DNA from: a virus
Virus record (IMG/VR): IMGVR_UViG_3300024981_000245
Reading direction: 5' to 3' (one strand)
DNA: 64,000 nucleotides
The number at the start of each line of letters is the position of its first letter. Within the stretch, counting starts at the first letter, position 1. The notes under the pieces are model-generated. The model ran no database searches and was not told where the DNA came from. It saw only the letters and a list, made by a program, of their open reading frames with translations. This document shows positions 17,367 through 25,810 of this stretch, one piece after another. The translations under genes and the position numbers were made by a program.

Positions 17367-17699
17367 TCAGGAGGCGCTCGGGGCAGTGAACGTGCGCACG
17401 ACATACGGCGAGCGCTCATCCGCGGCATAGCGCCGGCTAGCGTCGGCATCGGCCATGCTTTCGCGGCTGTAGGTGGCGATAGCCTGGTCCAGGCTGTAAC
17501 GTCCATCCCCGCGCCACGGGACAATGGCGAACGTAACGCGCACCTCGTGCAGCTCCCCGTGACACTTGGGGCAAGCCACGAGGCCATGCCAGCGCCGCGT
17601 GTCCGACTTGACGAGGTAGCGCGGCCCGTGCGGGCATGTACCCGCGTAAACGTGACGATATGCGATGCCATACTGCGCGCCATGCTTGATATCTGCCAT
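17367..17699 (-). CDS. Hypothetical protein with CxxC
   Basis: SD AAGGGA; CPKC. Confidence 0.65.
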   Translation of the reverse strand: MADIKHGAQYGIAYRHVYAGTCPHGPRYLVKSDTRRWHGLVACPKCHGELHEVRVTFAIVPWRGDGRYSLDQAIATYSRESMADADASRRYAADERSPYVVRTFTAPSAS

Positions 17700-17726
17700 T
17701 ATCGTATTCCCTTGTTTCTGGGTTGA

Positions 17727-17738
17727 TTAGCGCGCTAA
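17727..17738. promoter_or_regulatory. Fully palindromic operator variant TTAGCGCGCTAA
   Basis: TTAG-N4-CTAA upstream of 17699. Confidence 0.6.
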
Positions 17739-17810
17739 TCGGCGCGCAGTGCCCTAGCGCGCCATGACGCGCGGTGCCCGCCTATGCGGGCCGCTAGGGC
17801 AGTGAAACCG

Positions 17811-17855
17811 CTACGGTGTCAGGGTGAACGGGATAGCGAGGATGAGGTTGAGCAT
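17811..17855 (-). CDS. Possible 14-aa hydrophobic micropeptide MLNLILAIPFTLTP
   Basis: TGATG coupling to the upstream gene. Confidence 0.3.
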   Translation of the reverse strand: MLNLILAIPFTLTP

Positions 17856-18013
17856 CAGCGGCGCTCCCCGTGCTGCGGGCAATCAACGTTCGGCCCGTCA
17901 CTGATACCAGCGATTACCGGCGTGCAGATGCACTTGCACTTGCACTGGGGGCAGGGCTCCCATCCCACGACGATATGGATCATGCCGAGCCCGTGGCAAA
18001 GTGCGCACGTCAC
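17855..18013 (-). CDS. 52-aa Cys-rich zinc-finger protein
   Basis: CALCHGLG...CPQCKCKCIC...CPQH; coupled at both ends. Confidence 0.5.
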   Translation of the reverse strand: MTCALCHGLGMIHIVVGWEPCPQCKCKCICTPVIAGISDGPNVDCPQHGERR

Positions 18014-18270
18014 AGCGTCACCGGCTCATAAGCGTGGGCGGAAGACTCGCCGGCCTGGCAGTAGGCGCAGTCGTCGGGATGCTCCAGGGCTTCGATGGCT
18101 TCCAGCCATGCGGGGAATGTGCGGGCAACGATACGCCCCCGGATGGTGCCACGCTGCGCGCCGGCGAGCTTGTCGAATGAGCCGATGCGCTCACCCGTGG
18201 CAACATCGACGGCGATGACGTCATGGGGCCGCTCGATGACTTCAACAGTGCGGAGGGTTTCGGTTTTCAT
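18010..18270 (-). CDS. Hypothetical protein (leaderless)
   Basis: -10 TAGAAT 6 nt before ATG. Confidence 0.7.
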   Translation of the reverse strand: MKTETLRTVEVIERPHDVIAVDVATGERIGSFDKLAGAQRGTIRGRIVARTFPAWLEAIEALEHPDDCAYCQAGESSAHAYEPVTL

Positions 18271-18276
18271 GTTCCG

Positions 18277-18322
18277 ATTCTACCCGATTAGTGGACTAAA
18301 TGCGTAGAGATTAGTGGACTAA
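18277..18322 (-). promoter_or_regulatory. Leftward promoter with two tandem exact operators (18288-18299, 18311-18322)
   Basis: Seen directly; operators are 23 bp apart. Confidence 0.85.
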
Positions 18323-18504
18323 ATGTGTAACGGATAGGTAACGGTGGGACGCGTACAGGGAGGGGCGTGGGCTGCGTGGCCGGCGCCCAACGCGGGGTGG
18401 TTTGAGGTGGCGGGGAAAGGTTCAGGATTTTAGGTGTTACCGGGACGTGGCATGGGGGCGCGGGCAGGACCCGTACATTTTTTACTCTGGCCAGGGATTT
18501 TCAT

Positions 18505-18675
18505 GGGGCTACAACCCACAAATCACCACATTTTTCACCCACCCAGCCAGCGCCCAGGGGCTACAACCCACGCCAGCAGAGCCGCAAACATCCCCACCAG
18601 CACCGCGAGGTCGAAGGGCCCGCTCCCCCGCGATTTTTCTTCAGCCCCGCACGCATCACCGGGGGCTATCACCCA
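18505..18675. repeat. GGGGCTACAACCCAC direct repeats (18505, 18557; degenerate third copy at 18662)
   Basis: Seen directly in a non-coding, strand-skewed region. Confidence 0.75.
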
Positions 18676-19076
18676 TCGCTGCACAGCGCGATGACGTCGC
18701 TCGTTGCCAACTGGAGGCGAGCCATCGCCGCATCAGCCTTCGCACTCGAGCCACCGGCCGCGATGCCCGCCATGTCCCGCGCGATGATCTGGAGCCCGTC
18801 GACCATCCGCGTCACACCATCGCGCAGCTCGGGGTTCACGAGCGCGTCGCGCTTGGTCCGCAAGTCGGCATTCATCTCATTCAACCGATCGCTCATCACC
18901 GTAGCCGCCTCGACGCTGTTGAGCGTCACGGCGTCCAAGCTCGTGGCGATCTTGCCCGCAGCGTCGTTGATCGTGCGGCACTCCTCGGCCAGCGTCGGCG
19001 TGCTGCTGGCGCACCCGGAAAGCGCCAGGGCGCCCACGATCGCGAGGGCAGGCAGAAGGGAGCGAGGTGTGGCCAT
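18669..19076 (-). CDS. Lipoprotein (leaderless)
   Basis: Signal peptide with lipobox LSGC; -10 TAGCAT 7 nt before ATG 19076. Confidence 0.75.
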   Translation of the reverse strand: MATPRSLLPALAIVGALALSGCASSTPTLAEECRTINDAAGKIATSLDAVTLNSVEAATVMSDRLNEMNADLRTKRDALVNPELRDGVTRMVDGLQIIARDMAGIAAGGSSAKADAAMARLQLATSDVIALCSDG

Positions 19077-19246
19077 GGCCCCGATGCTAGCGCTCCCCCA
19101 CTCGTAGAAACACCCTCGACCACCCGTAGACTGAAAGGGCGGCGGAGATCCTCCTTTCCTCCCACGCAACGGGTAGTGGTCCCAGGGGCCCCCTGTGAGC
19201 CTCGCTCCAGGGGGCCTTCCACATGATTAAGGTCGCTCTGATACAA

Positions 19247-19306
19247 TTAGTGGGCTAAATCCCACATAGCGTGGTACGCTGATCTCGGGCCGATTTAGTC
19301 CACTAA
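19247..19306 (+). promoter_or_regulatory. Rightward promoter bracketed by two operators (19247-19258 TTAGTGGGCTAA; 19295-19306 exact)
   Basis: Extended -10 TGG-TACGCT at 19275-19280 lies between them. Confidence 0.8.
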
Positions 19307-19349
19307 TCTCGCGGAACACCACGCCGCGGGCGACAGAAGGAGGAAGAGC

Positions 19350-19967
19350 ATGGGCTATTGGAGAGACCGAGCCGAGTCGCTCGGCGAGTCGCTAACGATG
19401 GAGCATGAGTACAGTCGCGGCCTGCTCAAGGCGATCGACCAGGCAAGCAGGCGCCATGAAGCGGAGCTGGCAGCGCAGGCGGAGAGCCTCAAGGCCGGCT
19501 TCATCGAGGAGACGCGCCGCTCCAACGCCGCCACCGCCGAGCGCACGCGCCAGGAGACGCTGGAGACCGTTCTGAAGGCACTGGATTTGCCGGGCTACCG
19601 CGCGAATGGTGGCATGTTCCACCCATTCGATGCTTCCAAGACGCGTATCAACTACCCCACCGACCGCTTCTGGGCAGACCTCACGACTACTCTCGAGGTT
19701 CGTGCCGAACGCAAGGCGGCCGACGAGCGCGCCGCCACAGAGGCGAAGATCGCGGACCTCGGCAAGCAGGCCGGCATTAAACCCGAAGAGAGCACGGACT
19801 TCGGGAAGTACGTCGCGCACCTCCTCAGCGATCCCAATGGGCCGAGCGTGGTTAGCTTGCTCCTGGATGAGTCAATCAGTAAATCCTACGGCGAGGCGCA
19901 GCTACTCGGAGATCCTCGAGTAGAGCAGGGCAAGTCTCCCAAGCCCAAGAAGGGCGGCAAGAAGTGA
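19350..19967 (+). CDS. Hypothetical protein
   Basis: SD AAGGAGG. Confidence 0.75.
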   Translation: MGYWRDRAESLGESLTMEHEYSRGLLKAIDQASRRHEAELAAQAESLKAGFIEETRRSNAATAERTRQETLETVLKALDLPGYRANGGMFHPFDASKTRINYPTDRFWADLTTTLEVRAERKAADERAATEAKIADLGKQAGIKPEESTDFGKYVAHLLSDPNGPSVVSLLLDESISKSYGEAQLLGDPRVEQGKSPKPKKGGKK

Positions 19968-20149
19968 CCACCGTCGCCATCATCGCCGCCTGGGTGTACA
20001 TCGCCCTCACTGTCATCGTCCTGCTCGCTTTGCCGTTTTCGATCGGCAAGCCCCGTGAACCCCGCACCGCCGGCGACTATGTCGCAACTTTCATCATCAG
20101 CTTGGCCCTCATTGGCATCCTCGTGATCCTCATGGGAGGCCAGCGATGA
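19964..20149 (+). CDS. Small two-TM membrane protein
   Basis: Hydrophobic, coupled. Confidence 0.7.
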   Translation: MTTVAIIAAWVYIALTVIVLLALPFSIGKPREPRTAGDYVATFIISLALIGILVILMGGQR

Positions 20150-20373
20150 GCAAGATCTACACCAACGGCCAGCACGGATCCCACGACTTCGACGAGCGCG
20201 ACCCATCCAGCGTCCTCCAGGCTCTCCTCTCCGAGGCCGAGGACCGCGTGAAGACCAAGCAGCGCGCCTTCGAGAACGCGGAGAACGCCGTCATCGCAGC
20301 TCAGATCGAGCTACAGGCGGCCATCGCCATCCGTGACCGCTACGACGTTGCACTTCTGGCGGGGAGCAAGTGA
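20146..20373 (+). CDS. Hypothetical protein
   Basis: Coupled ORF. Confidence 0.65.
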   Translation: MSKIYTNGQHGSHDFDERDPSSVLQALLSEAEDRVKTKQRAFENAENAVIAAQIELQAAIAIRDRYDVALLAGSK

Positions 20374-20726
20374 CTCGGCCGACCGCATCCGTGACGCTGG
20401 AGGGCCCCGAGAACCTCATCCGACACATCGAGAAGCTCCAGGAAGTCATCACGAAGCGCAACGAGCAGATCGCGCGCCAGCAGGCAGAGATCCAGCGCCT
20501 CGAAGACGGCGAGCCGAGCCAGGAGGGTCTGAAGGAGGCATACCGCAAGGGCTACAAGGCCGCATGGAAGGAGGCCCAGGACGCATTGTATGGCGTTCAG
20601 CAGGGCATCAACTCCTTTACGCGCGATCGCTACCAGGCGGTTCTCAACGTCGACGCTTCGCAGCGGCTCGACGAGGAGATTCGGCCCGACAAGGATCCCA
20701 ACGGCGGGACGAGGGAGGTCCGATGA
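20370..20726 (+). CDS. Coiled-coil hypothetical protein
   Basis: Coupled ORF. Confidence 0.65.
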   Translation: MTRPTASVTLEGPENLIRHIEKLQEVITKRNEQIARQQAEIQRLEDGEPSQEGLKEAYRKGYKAAWKEAQDALYGVQQGINSFTRDRYQAVLNVDASQRLDEEIRPDKDPNGGTREVR

Positions 20727-20974
20727 CTCCCCACGATGTCTACGGCGACAACGGCGAGATCATCGCCGAAGTGGACGAGCCCGAAACGGGCCCCCTGGAT
20801 CACGTCTCCGCGCTTGCTCGCCGCGTCGGTGAGCGCCTGCGCGCGGAATGGCCTGGTCCCCGCACCACGGCGCACGGCGAGTTCCACATCTACCCGGCCG
20901 TGCGCCCCGGCGGCGGCACTGACCTGCTCATCCAGATGGCGGAGCGGATCATCGCAGAGGAGGAGGCCAAGTGA
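20723..20974 (+). CDS. Hypothetical protein
   Basis: SD GGAGG, coupled. Confidence 0.6.
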   Translation: MTPHDVYGDNGEIIAEVDEPETGPLDHVSALARRVGERLRAEWPGPRTTAHGEFHIYPAVRPGGGTDLLIQMAERIIAEEEAK

Positions 20975-21063
20975 TCTACGTCATCCTCTTTGCGCTGGTC
21001 GCCGGTGCGCTCCTCGCCATCTACAACGGGCCAACCAAGCCGAAAGGACCGAGATCATCATGA
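20971..21063 (+). CDS. 30-aa membrane peptide
   Basis: Hand-translated MIYVILFALVAGALLAIY...; coupled at both ends. Confidence 0.5.
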   Translation: MIYVILFALVAGALLAIYNGPTKPKGPRSS

Positions 21064-21374
21064 CAAAGCCATGGATGGGAGTGACCCCGCCGCCGCACGG
21101 CCAGGGCTACTATCCCTGGGAAGGTTGGCCTGCGGCTTACCAGCCAATCACGGTCGGAAACCCCGATGTTATCCGCGGTCGCGTGGTGGAGCCCGATGTC
21201 TTCAACGTCCCGCAGAACTTCGGCCAGAAGTTAATCCGGGACGAACTGGATCGCCTCCAGAATCTCATCACCGAAGCTGTTGAACATAGTGCGACCGAGC
21301 ATCTCATCGAGGCGCTGCGAGCCAAGGGCTACACCGTGACGCCGCCCACCACTACCGAAGGAACCGAATTATGA
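21060..21374 (+). CDS. Hypothetical protein
   Basis: Coupled ORF. Confidence 0.6.
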   Translation: MTKPWMGVTPPPHGQGYYPWEGWPAAYQPITVGNPDVIRGRVVEPDVFNVPQNFGQKLIRDELDRLQNLITEAVEHSATEHLIEALRAKGYTVTPPTTTEGTEL

Positions 21375-21613
21375 CCGACATCAAGCTAAGCGTACGCAAG
21401 ACCGTGAAGGTGAACATCGACGCCACTCACGAGAGCGAGGACGGCTACAAGATCAAGGCGCGCAGCATGGCTAGGGGCATCAAGCTCGAGATCAAGAGCC
21501 CCACGTCCTACTACGCGGACACCATCACCATTCCGGAAGGCCTTATCGAACCGCTCGGTGATGTTTTCGACGCTGTTCGTAAGGCTCGCGCCGAACAGGA
21601 GGCGGATCAGTGA
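21371..21613 (+). CDS. Hypothetical protein
   Basis: Coupled ORF. Confidence 0.65.
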   Translation: MTDIKLSVRKTVKVNIDATHESEDGYKIKARSMARGIKLEIKSPTSYYADTITIPEGLIEPLGDVFDAVRKARAEQEADQ

Positions 21614-22110
21614 CCGCCATTACTGAAGAGAAGATCGACGCACTCCGGGCACTCCAGAAGCAGATCGGCGATGCGAACGGAGCGAAGGGGTTCCACGAAG
21701 AGGGACAGGAAGTCCGCGGCATGCTTCCGGTTTTCATTTCGACAGCTGGGAAATGGGGCACGCTTTCGACCTTCATGTCGAAGCTCTTCCGATTGCATCC
21801 GGCTATCGAGCGCAACTACTGGACGTCCCGCCTTGCGCTCATCACGACTGAAGTCGCCGAGGCCATCGAAGAACTTCGGCACGGTCGATCCGTCGACGAG
21901 ACGCACTACCCCTCGGCGCCGCTCGGCGGGAATGCCATCCATGAGACGGGCGCGCCCGCCAAGCCCGAAGGTGTCCCCTCCGAGCTTGCCGACATCGTGA
22001 TCCGCGCGTTCGATTTCGCGTATGAGGCGAACATCGATCTGGCATCCATGATCAACGAGAAGCTCGCATACAACGCAACGCGTGCGCACAAGCACGGGAA
22101 GGAGTTCTGA
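21610..22110 (+). CDS. MazG-like nucleotide pyrophosphohydrolase
   Basis: LALITTEVAEAIEELR...PEGVPSELADIVIR. Confidence 0.8.
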   Translation: MTAITEEKIDALRALQKQIGDANGAKGFHEEGQEVRGMLPVFISTAGKWGTLSTFMSKLFRLHPAIERNYWTSRLALITTEVAEAIEELRHGRSVDETHYPSAPLGGNAIHETGAPAKPEGVPSELADIVIRAFDFAYEANIDLASMINEKLAYNATRAHKHGKEF

Positions 22111-22340
22111 TGACCAACATCGACCTGGACGCCGTCGACACGGATGTCATGCTCACCTTCTCCCCCGACCCGAGCCGCGAGGGGTACGCCGTCATCGAGT
22201 ACGACGACGAGCACGGGGACACCCGCCTCGGCTCCTTCAAGATCCGCGACCTGCTGATCATCCTGCATGCCACCGCCGACTCCAGCTACCAGCCCGAGCA
22301 GACGCGCTCGAAGCCGCCGATCTGGATGAGGGAGAACTGA
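22110..22340 (+). CDS. Hypothetical protein
   Basis: Coupled ORF. Confidence 0.6.
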   Translation: MTNIDLDAVDTDVMLTFSPDPSREGYAVIEYDDEHGDTRLGSFKIRDLLIILHATADSSYQPEQTRSKPPIWMREN

Positions 22341-22342
22341 TC

Positions 22343-22537
22343 GTGTACACGAACATGACCCTCAAGGACGGGGAGCGCGTCCCGTTCGCCAGCTACCGCT
22401 GCAAGGCGACGGCGAAGGAGGTGCGCAAGATCGGCGACTCGACGTACACGCACCGTTGCCGACTGCACATCGACCACGATGGCGAGCACTCCTGCATCTG
22501 CGGGCGCCACTGGGAGCCCCTGAAGGCGGCATCGTGA
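22343..22537 (+). CDS. Small Cys/His protein
   Basis: C...HRCRLHIDHDGEHSCICG. Confidence 0.55.
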   Translation: MYTNMTLKDGERVPFASYRCKATAKEVRKIGDSTYTHRCRLHIDHDGEHSCICGRHWEPLKAAS

Positions 22538-22740
22538 GCGCCGACGTCCGCGCCCTCATCCAGGCGCACCGCGACATGATCCGCGGCCACGAGGAGATCA
22601 TCGCCCGCCTCGAGGCGCTGGACGCCCCAAAGGCTGAGCAGGCGGCCCCCGTTCACATCGCGGAGCCCCACCCATATCGAGGCCGCGTGCTGCGCGAGCC
22701 GGATACCGATGCGCCGATCCTGGCGCAGGAAGGCAACTGA
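22534..22740 (+). CDS. Hypothetical protein
   Basis: Coupled ORF. Confidence 0.55.
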   Translation: MSADVRALIQAHRDMIRGHEEIIARLEALDAPKAEQAAPVHIAEPHPYRGRVLREPDTDAPILAQEGN

Positions 22741-22742
22741 CC

Positions 22743-22940
22743 ATGCGCAAGATCCAAGCCACCGGCTTCGAGCACGTTCACGCTGAGGACAGGCCGACGC
22801 TCTTCGTCAGCCACGGCCGCGGCAACAGTGGCCAGCCCGAGGTGCATCTGCACTTCTTCGACAGCGCGCTCGAGCAGGAAGTCCAGGGATGGTTTCCGGT
22901 CTCCGAGCTGCTCGCGGCGATCAAGGAGGGCGGCGAGTGA
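22743..22940 (+). CDS. Hypothetical protein
   Basis: SD, coupled. Confidence 0.6.
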   Translation: MRKIQATGFEHVHAEDRPTLFVSHGRGNSGQPEVHLHFFDSALEQEVQGWFPVSELLAAIKEGGE

Positions 22941-23227
22941 GCCTGGAAGCCACCGTGTATACGAAGACCGGCACCTATTGCGGTCAGTGCGTCACCACAA
23001 TCCGCGCGCTGGAGAAGGCTGAAATCCCCTTTGAGGAAGTACCCGGTATCGACCTGCCGGAGAATGCCAATCTGCTCCAGATGTTCAAAGACCGCGGGCT
23101 CACCTCCGCGCCGATCGTCTTCGTGAAGATCTGGGACACCGACAAGTCGTACGACATGTACGCCTGGGCGGGATTCCGCCCGGACAAGATCGCCTGGCTT
23201 AGTGGACTAATCAAGGAGGCAGCGTGA
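22937..23227 (+). CDS. nrdH: NrdH-like glutaredoxin
   Basis: TVYTK...YCGQC, SAPIV, WAGFRPDKI. Confidence 0.85.
   Translation: MSLEATVYTKTGTYCGQCVTTIRALEKAEIPFEEVPGIDLPENANLLQMFKDRGLTSAPIVFVKIWDTDKSYDMYAWAGFRPDKIAWLSGLIKEAA
23199..23210. promoter_or_regulatory. Exact operator embedded in the nrdH 3' end
   Basis: Encodes L-S-G-L; just before the next SD. Confidence 0.75.
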
Positions 23228-23442
23228 GCGCGCTCACCGAGTATCAGGGGCTCACGGTCGGCCAGCACGTCACGGTCGGCGAGTTCAACCCGCGGAAGGT
23301 CTCCTGGCAGATCGTCTCATTCCAGCGCGCGACCGAGTCGCTCGTTTACGCGAGCATCGTGTCTGGCCTCGCCGGCCGCCACCAACTCGTGCCCGCAAAC
23401 CGTCTATGCGCGTGGGCACCTGAAATCAAGGAGAAGAAGTGA
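23224..23442 (+). CDS. Hypothetical protein
   Basis: Coupled ORF. Confidence 0.6.
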   Translation: MSALTEYQGLTVGQHVTVGEFNPRKVSWQIVSFQRATESLVYASIVSGLAGRHQLVPANRLCAWAPEIKEKK

Positions 23443-23594
23443 CCGAGAAGTCAGCACCGGTCGGCGTAGTCAAGATGGATGACCGCGGCCGGATCAACAT
23501 CAAGAAGCACCTCATCGGCGAAGCCCCGCTGTCCTGGGTGGTCTACCGCTCCCCCGACGGTCAGCATCTCACACTCGAGGCGGTGACCCAGTGA
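23439..23594 (+). CDS. AbrB/MraZ-like small protein (tentative)
   Basis: VVKMDDRGRINI resembles the swapped-hairpin D.rGRi motif. Confidence 0.4.
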   Translation: MTEKSAPVGVVKMDDRGRINIKKHLIGEAPLSWVVYRSPDGQHLTLEAVTQ

Positions 23595-23740
23595 GCCTAG
23601 CGCGCGGCGCGTTCATGCTCTACGACGGCCTTCTGCGCGTCGAGGTCGTTCGGGAGCTGGGCGACGGCATGGCGATCGTGAAGATTGGCGCTGACAGTCG
23701 CGTCGTCGACGTGAACCGGTTGACGGAGGTGGAGGGGTGA
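23591..23740 (+). CDS. Small hypothetical protein
   Basis: Coupled ORF. Confidence 0.5.
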   Translation: MSLARGAFMLYDGLLRVEVVRELGDGMAIVKIGADSRVVDVNRLTEVEG

Positions 23741-23982
23741 ATGACGAAAGTGTCAACCACCCCTCCCACTACACGTCTGATCCCAGTGGTATCGAGTGCA
23801 TCCAGATCACTCGGCATCGCAACTTCAATGTCGGCAACGCCATCAAATACCTCTGGAGAGCTGGCCTGAAGGTAGAGGGAGACCGCACGCTCGTCGAGAA
23901 GCAGTGCGAAGACCTGGAGAAGGCGATCTGGTACATCCAAGACGAGGTCGCCCGCCTCCGCTCCTCCTCACTCCAGCACTAG
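23737..23982 (+). CDS. DUF3310 (SaV-like) protein
   Basis: VNHPSHYT, GIECI, FNVGNAIKYLWRAGLK. Confidence 0.85.
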   Translation: MNDESVNHPSHYTSDPSGIECIQITRHRNFNVGNAIKYLWRAGLKVEGDRTLVEKQCEDLEKAIWYIQDEVARLRSSSLQH

Positions 23983-24150
23983 CCCAGATTCCAGGAGCAC
24001 CGCCCCCAGGGCCCTCTCTACGGCCCGGATGAAGATGCCCCTGTCGAAGGCGAAGCAGTGGTCTCCGGCTTCCAGAACGATGAAGTCGGGGCCACTGCTC
24101 AGCTCTACGCAGCGACCGCCGTCGAACTCCCTGATTGTGGTGGTGCTCAT
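23968..24150 (-). CDS. 60-aa protein under a LexA box (candidate antirepressor)
   Basis: SD GGGGAG; own promoter with SOS box. Confidence 0.7.
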   Translation of the reverse strand: MSTTTIREFDGGRCVELSSGPDFIVLEAGDHCFAFDRGIFIRAVERALGAVLLESGLVLE

Positions 24151-24167
24151 TTCTTCTCCCCAGAGTA

Positions 24168-24183
24168 TCGAACATCTGTTCGA
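24168..24183. promoter_or_regulatory. LexA (SOS) box TCGAACATCTGTTCGA
   Basis: Perfect match to actinobacterial TCGAAC-N4-GTTCGA; 3 nt downstream of the -10. Confidence 0.88.
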
Positions 24184-24186
24184 CAG

Positions 24187-24215
24187 AATCTATGCCACGT
24201 CACCGACATTGCCAA
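24187..24215 (-). promoter_or_regulatory. Sigma-A-type promoter of the 60-aa gene
   Basis: -35 TTGGCA (24210-24215), 17 nt, -10 TAGATT (24187-24192). Confidence 0.75.
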
Positions 24216-24348
24216 CCCTGTGACTGTTCGCAGCCGATGCGTACCAGGCGAAGCTAGATGGAGCCGACCCCACGGTCAAGCGGGGGCCACGGAACGACCA
24301 CAGCAGATATGTATCGCTAGCCTCTCTAGCCCTTCGAGGCAGGACGTG

Positions 24349-24372
24349 TACACTACACATTCAGTCCACTAA
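24349..24372 (+). promoter_or_regulatory. Promoter of the DGQHR gene with operator variant at the start site
   Basis: -10 TACACT (24349-24354); TCAGTCCACTAA (24361-24372). Confidence 0.7.
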
Positions 24373-24391
24373 TTCGTTCCAGGGAGCAAAA

Positions 24392-25795
24392 ATGGCCCAG
24401 ACCAAGGCCGCACCACGCCAAGCCGCCCCCACTGGCTACAGCACCGACACCCAGTTCTTCGCGTCTCGCTACCGCCAGGGTGGTCGAACCGTCTACTCGG
24501 TGGCCCTCACGCCCGACCAGATCATCAACAACATCCCGCGACCGAACCCCGAGCAGGCAAACCCCGGCAACCGCGCGATCCGGCCGGCGCACGCACAGGG
24601 CTTTGCGGACTACTACCTCCAGCATGACAACTGGATCATCCCCGGGCTCATCCTGCGCGCCCCGGACATCTTCGACTTCACCTCGGATCAGTCGGTCGTC
24701 ACCGGAGACATTGACTTCGGGATGCTCTCCTACCCCAACCGCAAACGCCTCGAAATCCAGATCCTCGATGGCCAGCACCGTATCCTCGGCTTCCACCTCG
24801 CGATTGAGAAGGTCGGCGAGTTGCTCGCCAAGGCGAAGGACCACCGAGCCCGGGCGCTGAAGACCGACCACAAGAACTCGCGTCTCGTGAAGGACGCCGA
24901 GGCCGAGGTAGAACGCCTCGAGCGCAAACTCGACCGCTTCCACCAGGAGCGCGTTTCTGTCGAGATCCAGGTCATCGACGACATCGCCTCATTCCGCCAG
25001 GCATTCTTCGACATTGCAGACAACGCGCTCGGTATCTCGGCATCCGTCAAGGCGCGCTTCGATAAGCGCAAGGTCGTCAACCGCGCCTTCGCGATCGTCG
25101 CTGAGCACCCCCTGCTCGTCGGCCGCGTCGACCCCGAGAACGACCGCCTCGGGCGCACGGGGCCGTACCTGCTGTCCGCACGCCATGTCGTTGAGATCAT
25201 TCGCGTCTCCAATGTAGGTATCGAAGGTCGTATCGGCGTCAAGCAGGAGAAGACGCTGAACGAGATCGAGGTGGCGAAGAAGGCTATGGCGTTCTTCGAT
25301 GCCGCTCTCAAGGCCTTCCCGCAGCTTCAGGCGATACAGGATGGCACGCTGACGCCGGATCGCCTGCGCCAGATCTCCATGCTCGGCTCGCCCCTGTTCC
25401 TGCGCATCCTCGCCGGCGCATACTACGAGTTGCGCGACCCGGTAAAGCATGCCTGGAGCGACGCGCAGGTCATCGAGTACTTTGAGGCAATCGGAAAGCA
25501 CCTCGCCGTCCCGCTGCACGCCAACACGATCTGGTTGAAGCACACGCCCGAGGACACCTTCAATGTGGGCGGATACGGCCCCAACGGTCGGCGCCAAGAC
25601 ATCATGAACCTCTCGCACGCGATGTGGGATTGGGCCCTGGATCACGCCGACTTCGTCTGGGCCGATCCCGAGCCTGCGCCGAAGCCCGAGCCGACCAAGG
25701 ATGAGCTGGAGATCGACTACAGCGACCTCGGCGACGAGGCCCTGGCTGAGCGCCTGAAGGCAGAAGACCTCGCATCGGGGATCAGCAAGAAGTAG
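24392..25795 (+). CDS. Orphan DndB/DGQHR-family (ParB-like fold) protein
   Basis: ILDGQHR, N-terminal GNR, RQAFFDI...S.SVKARFD. Confidence 0.85.
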   Translation: MAQTKAAPRQAAPTGYSTDTQFFASRYRQGGRTVYSVALTPDQIINNIPRPNPEQANPGNRAIRPAHAQGFADYYLQHDNWIIPGLILRAPDIFDFTSDQSVVTGDIDFGMLSYPNRKRLEIQILDGQHRILGFHLAIEKVGELLAKAKDHRARALKTDHKNSRLVKDAEAEVERLERKLDRFHQERVSVEIQVIDDIASFRQAFFDIADNALGISASVKARFDKRKVVNRAFAIVAEHPLLVGRVDPENDRLGRTGPYLLSARHVVEIIRVSNVGIEGRIGVKQEKTLNEIEVAKKAMAFFDAALKAFPQLQAIQDGTLTPDRLRQISMLGSPLFLRILAGAYYELRDPVKHAWSDAQVIEYFEAIGKHLAVPLHANTIWLKHTPEDTFNVGGYGPNGRRQDIMNLSHAMWDWALDHADFVWADPEPAPKPEPTKDELEIDYSDLGDEALAERLKAEDLASGISKK

Positions 25796-25810
25796 GGGAC
25801 ACGAATGGAA

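Noticed and set aside
24392-25795. Dnd phosphorothioation system
   Set aside because: Only a DndB-family gene is present; no dndA/C/D/E or ssp genes in the complete genome
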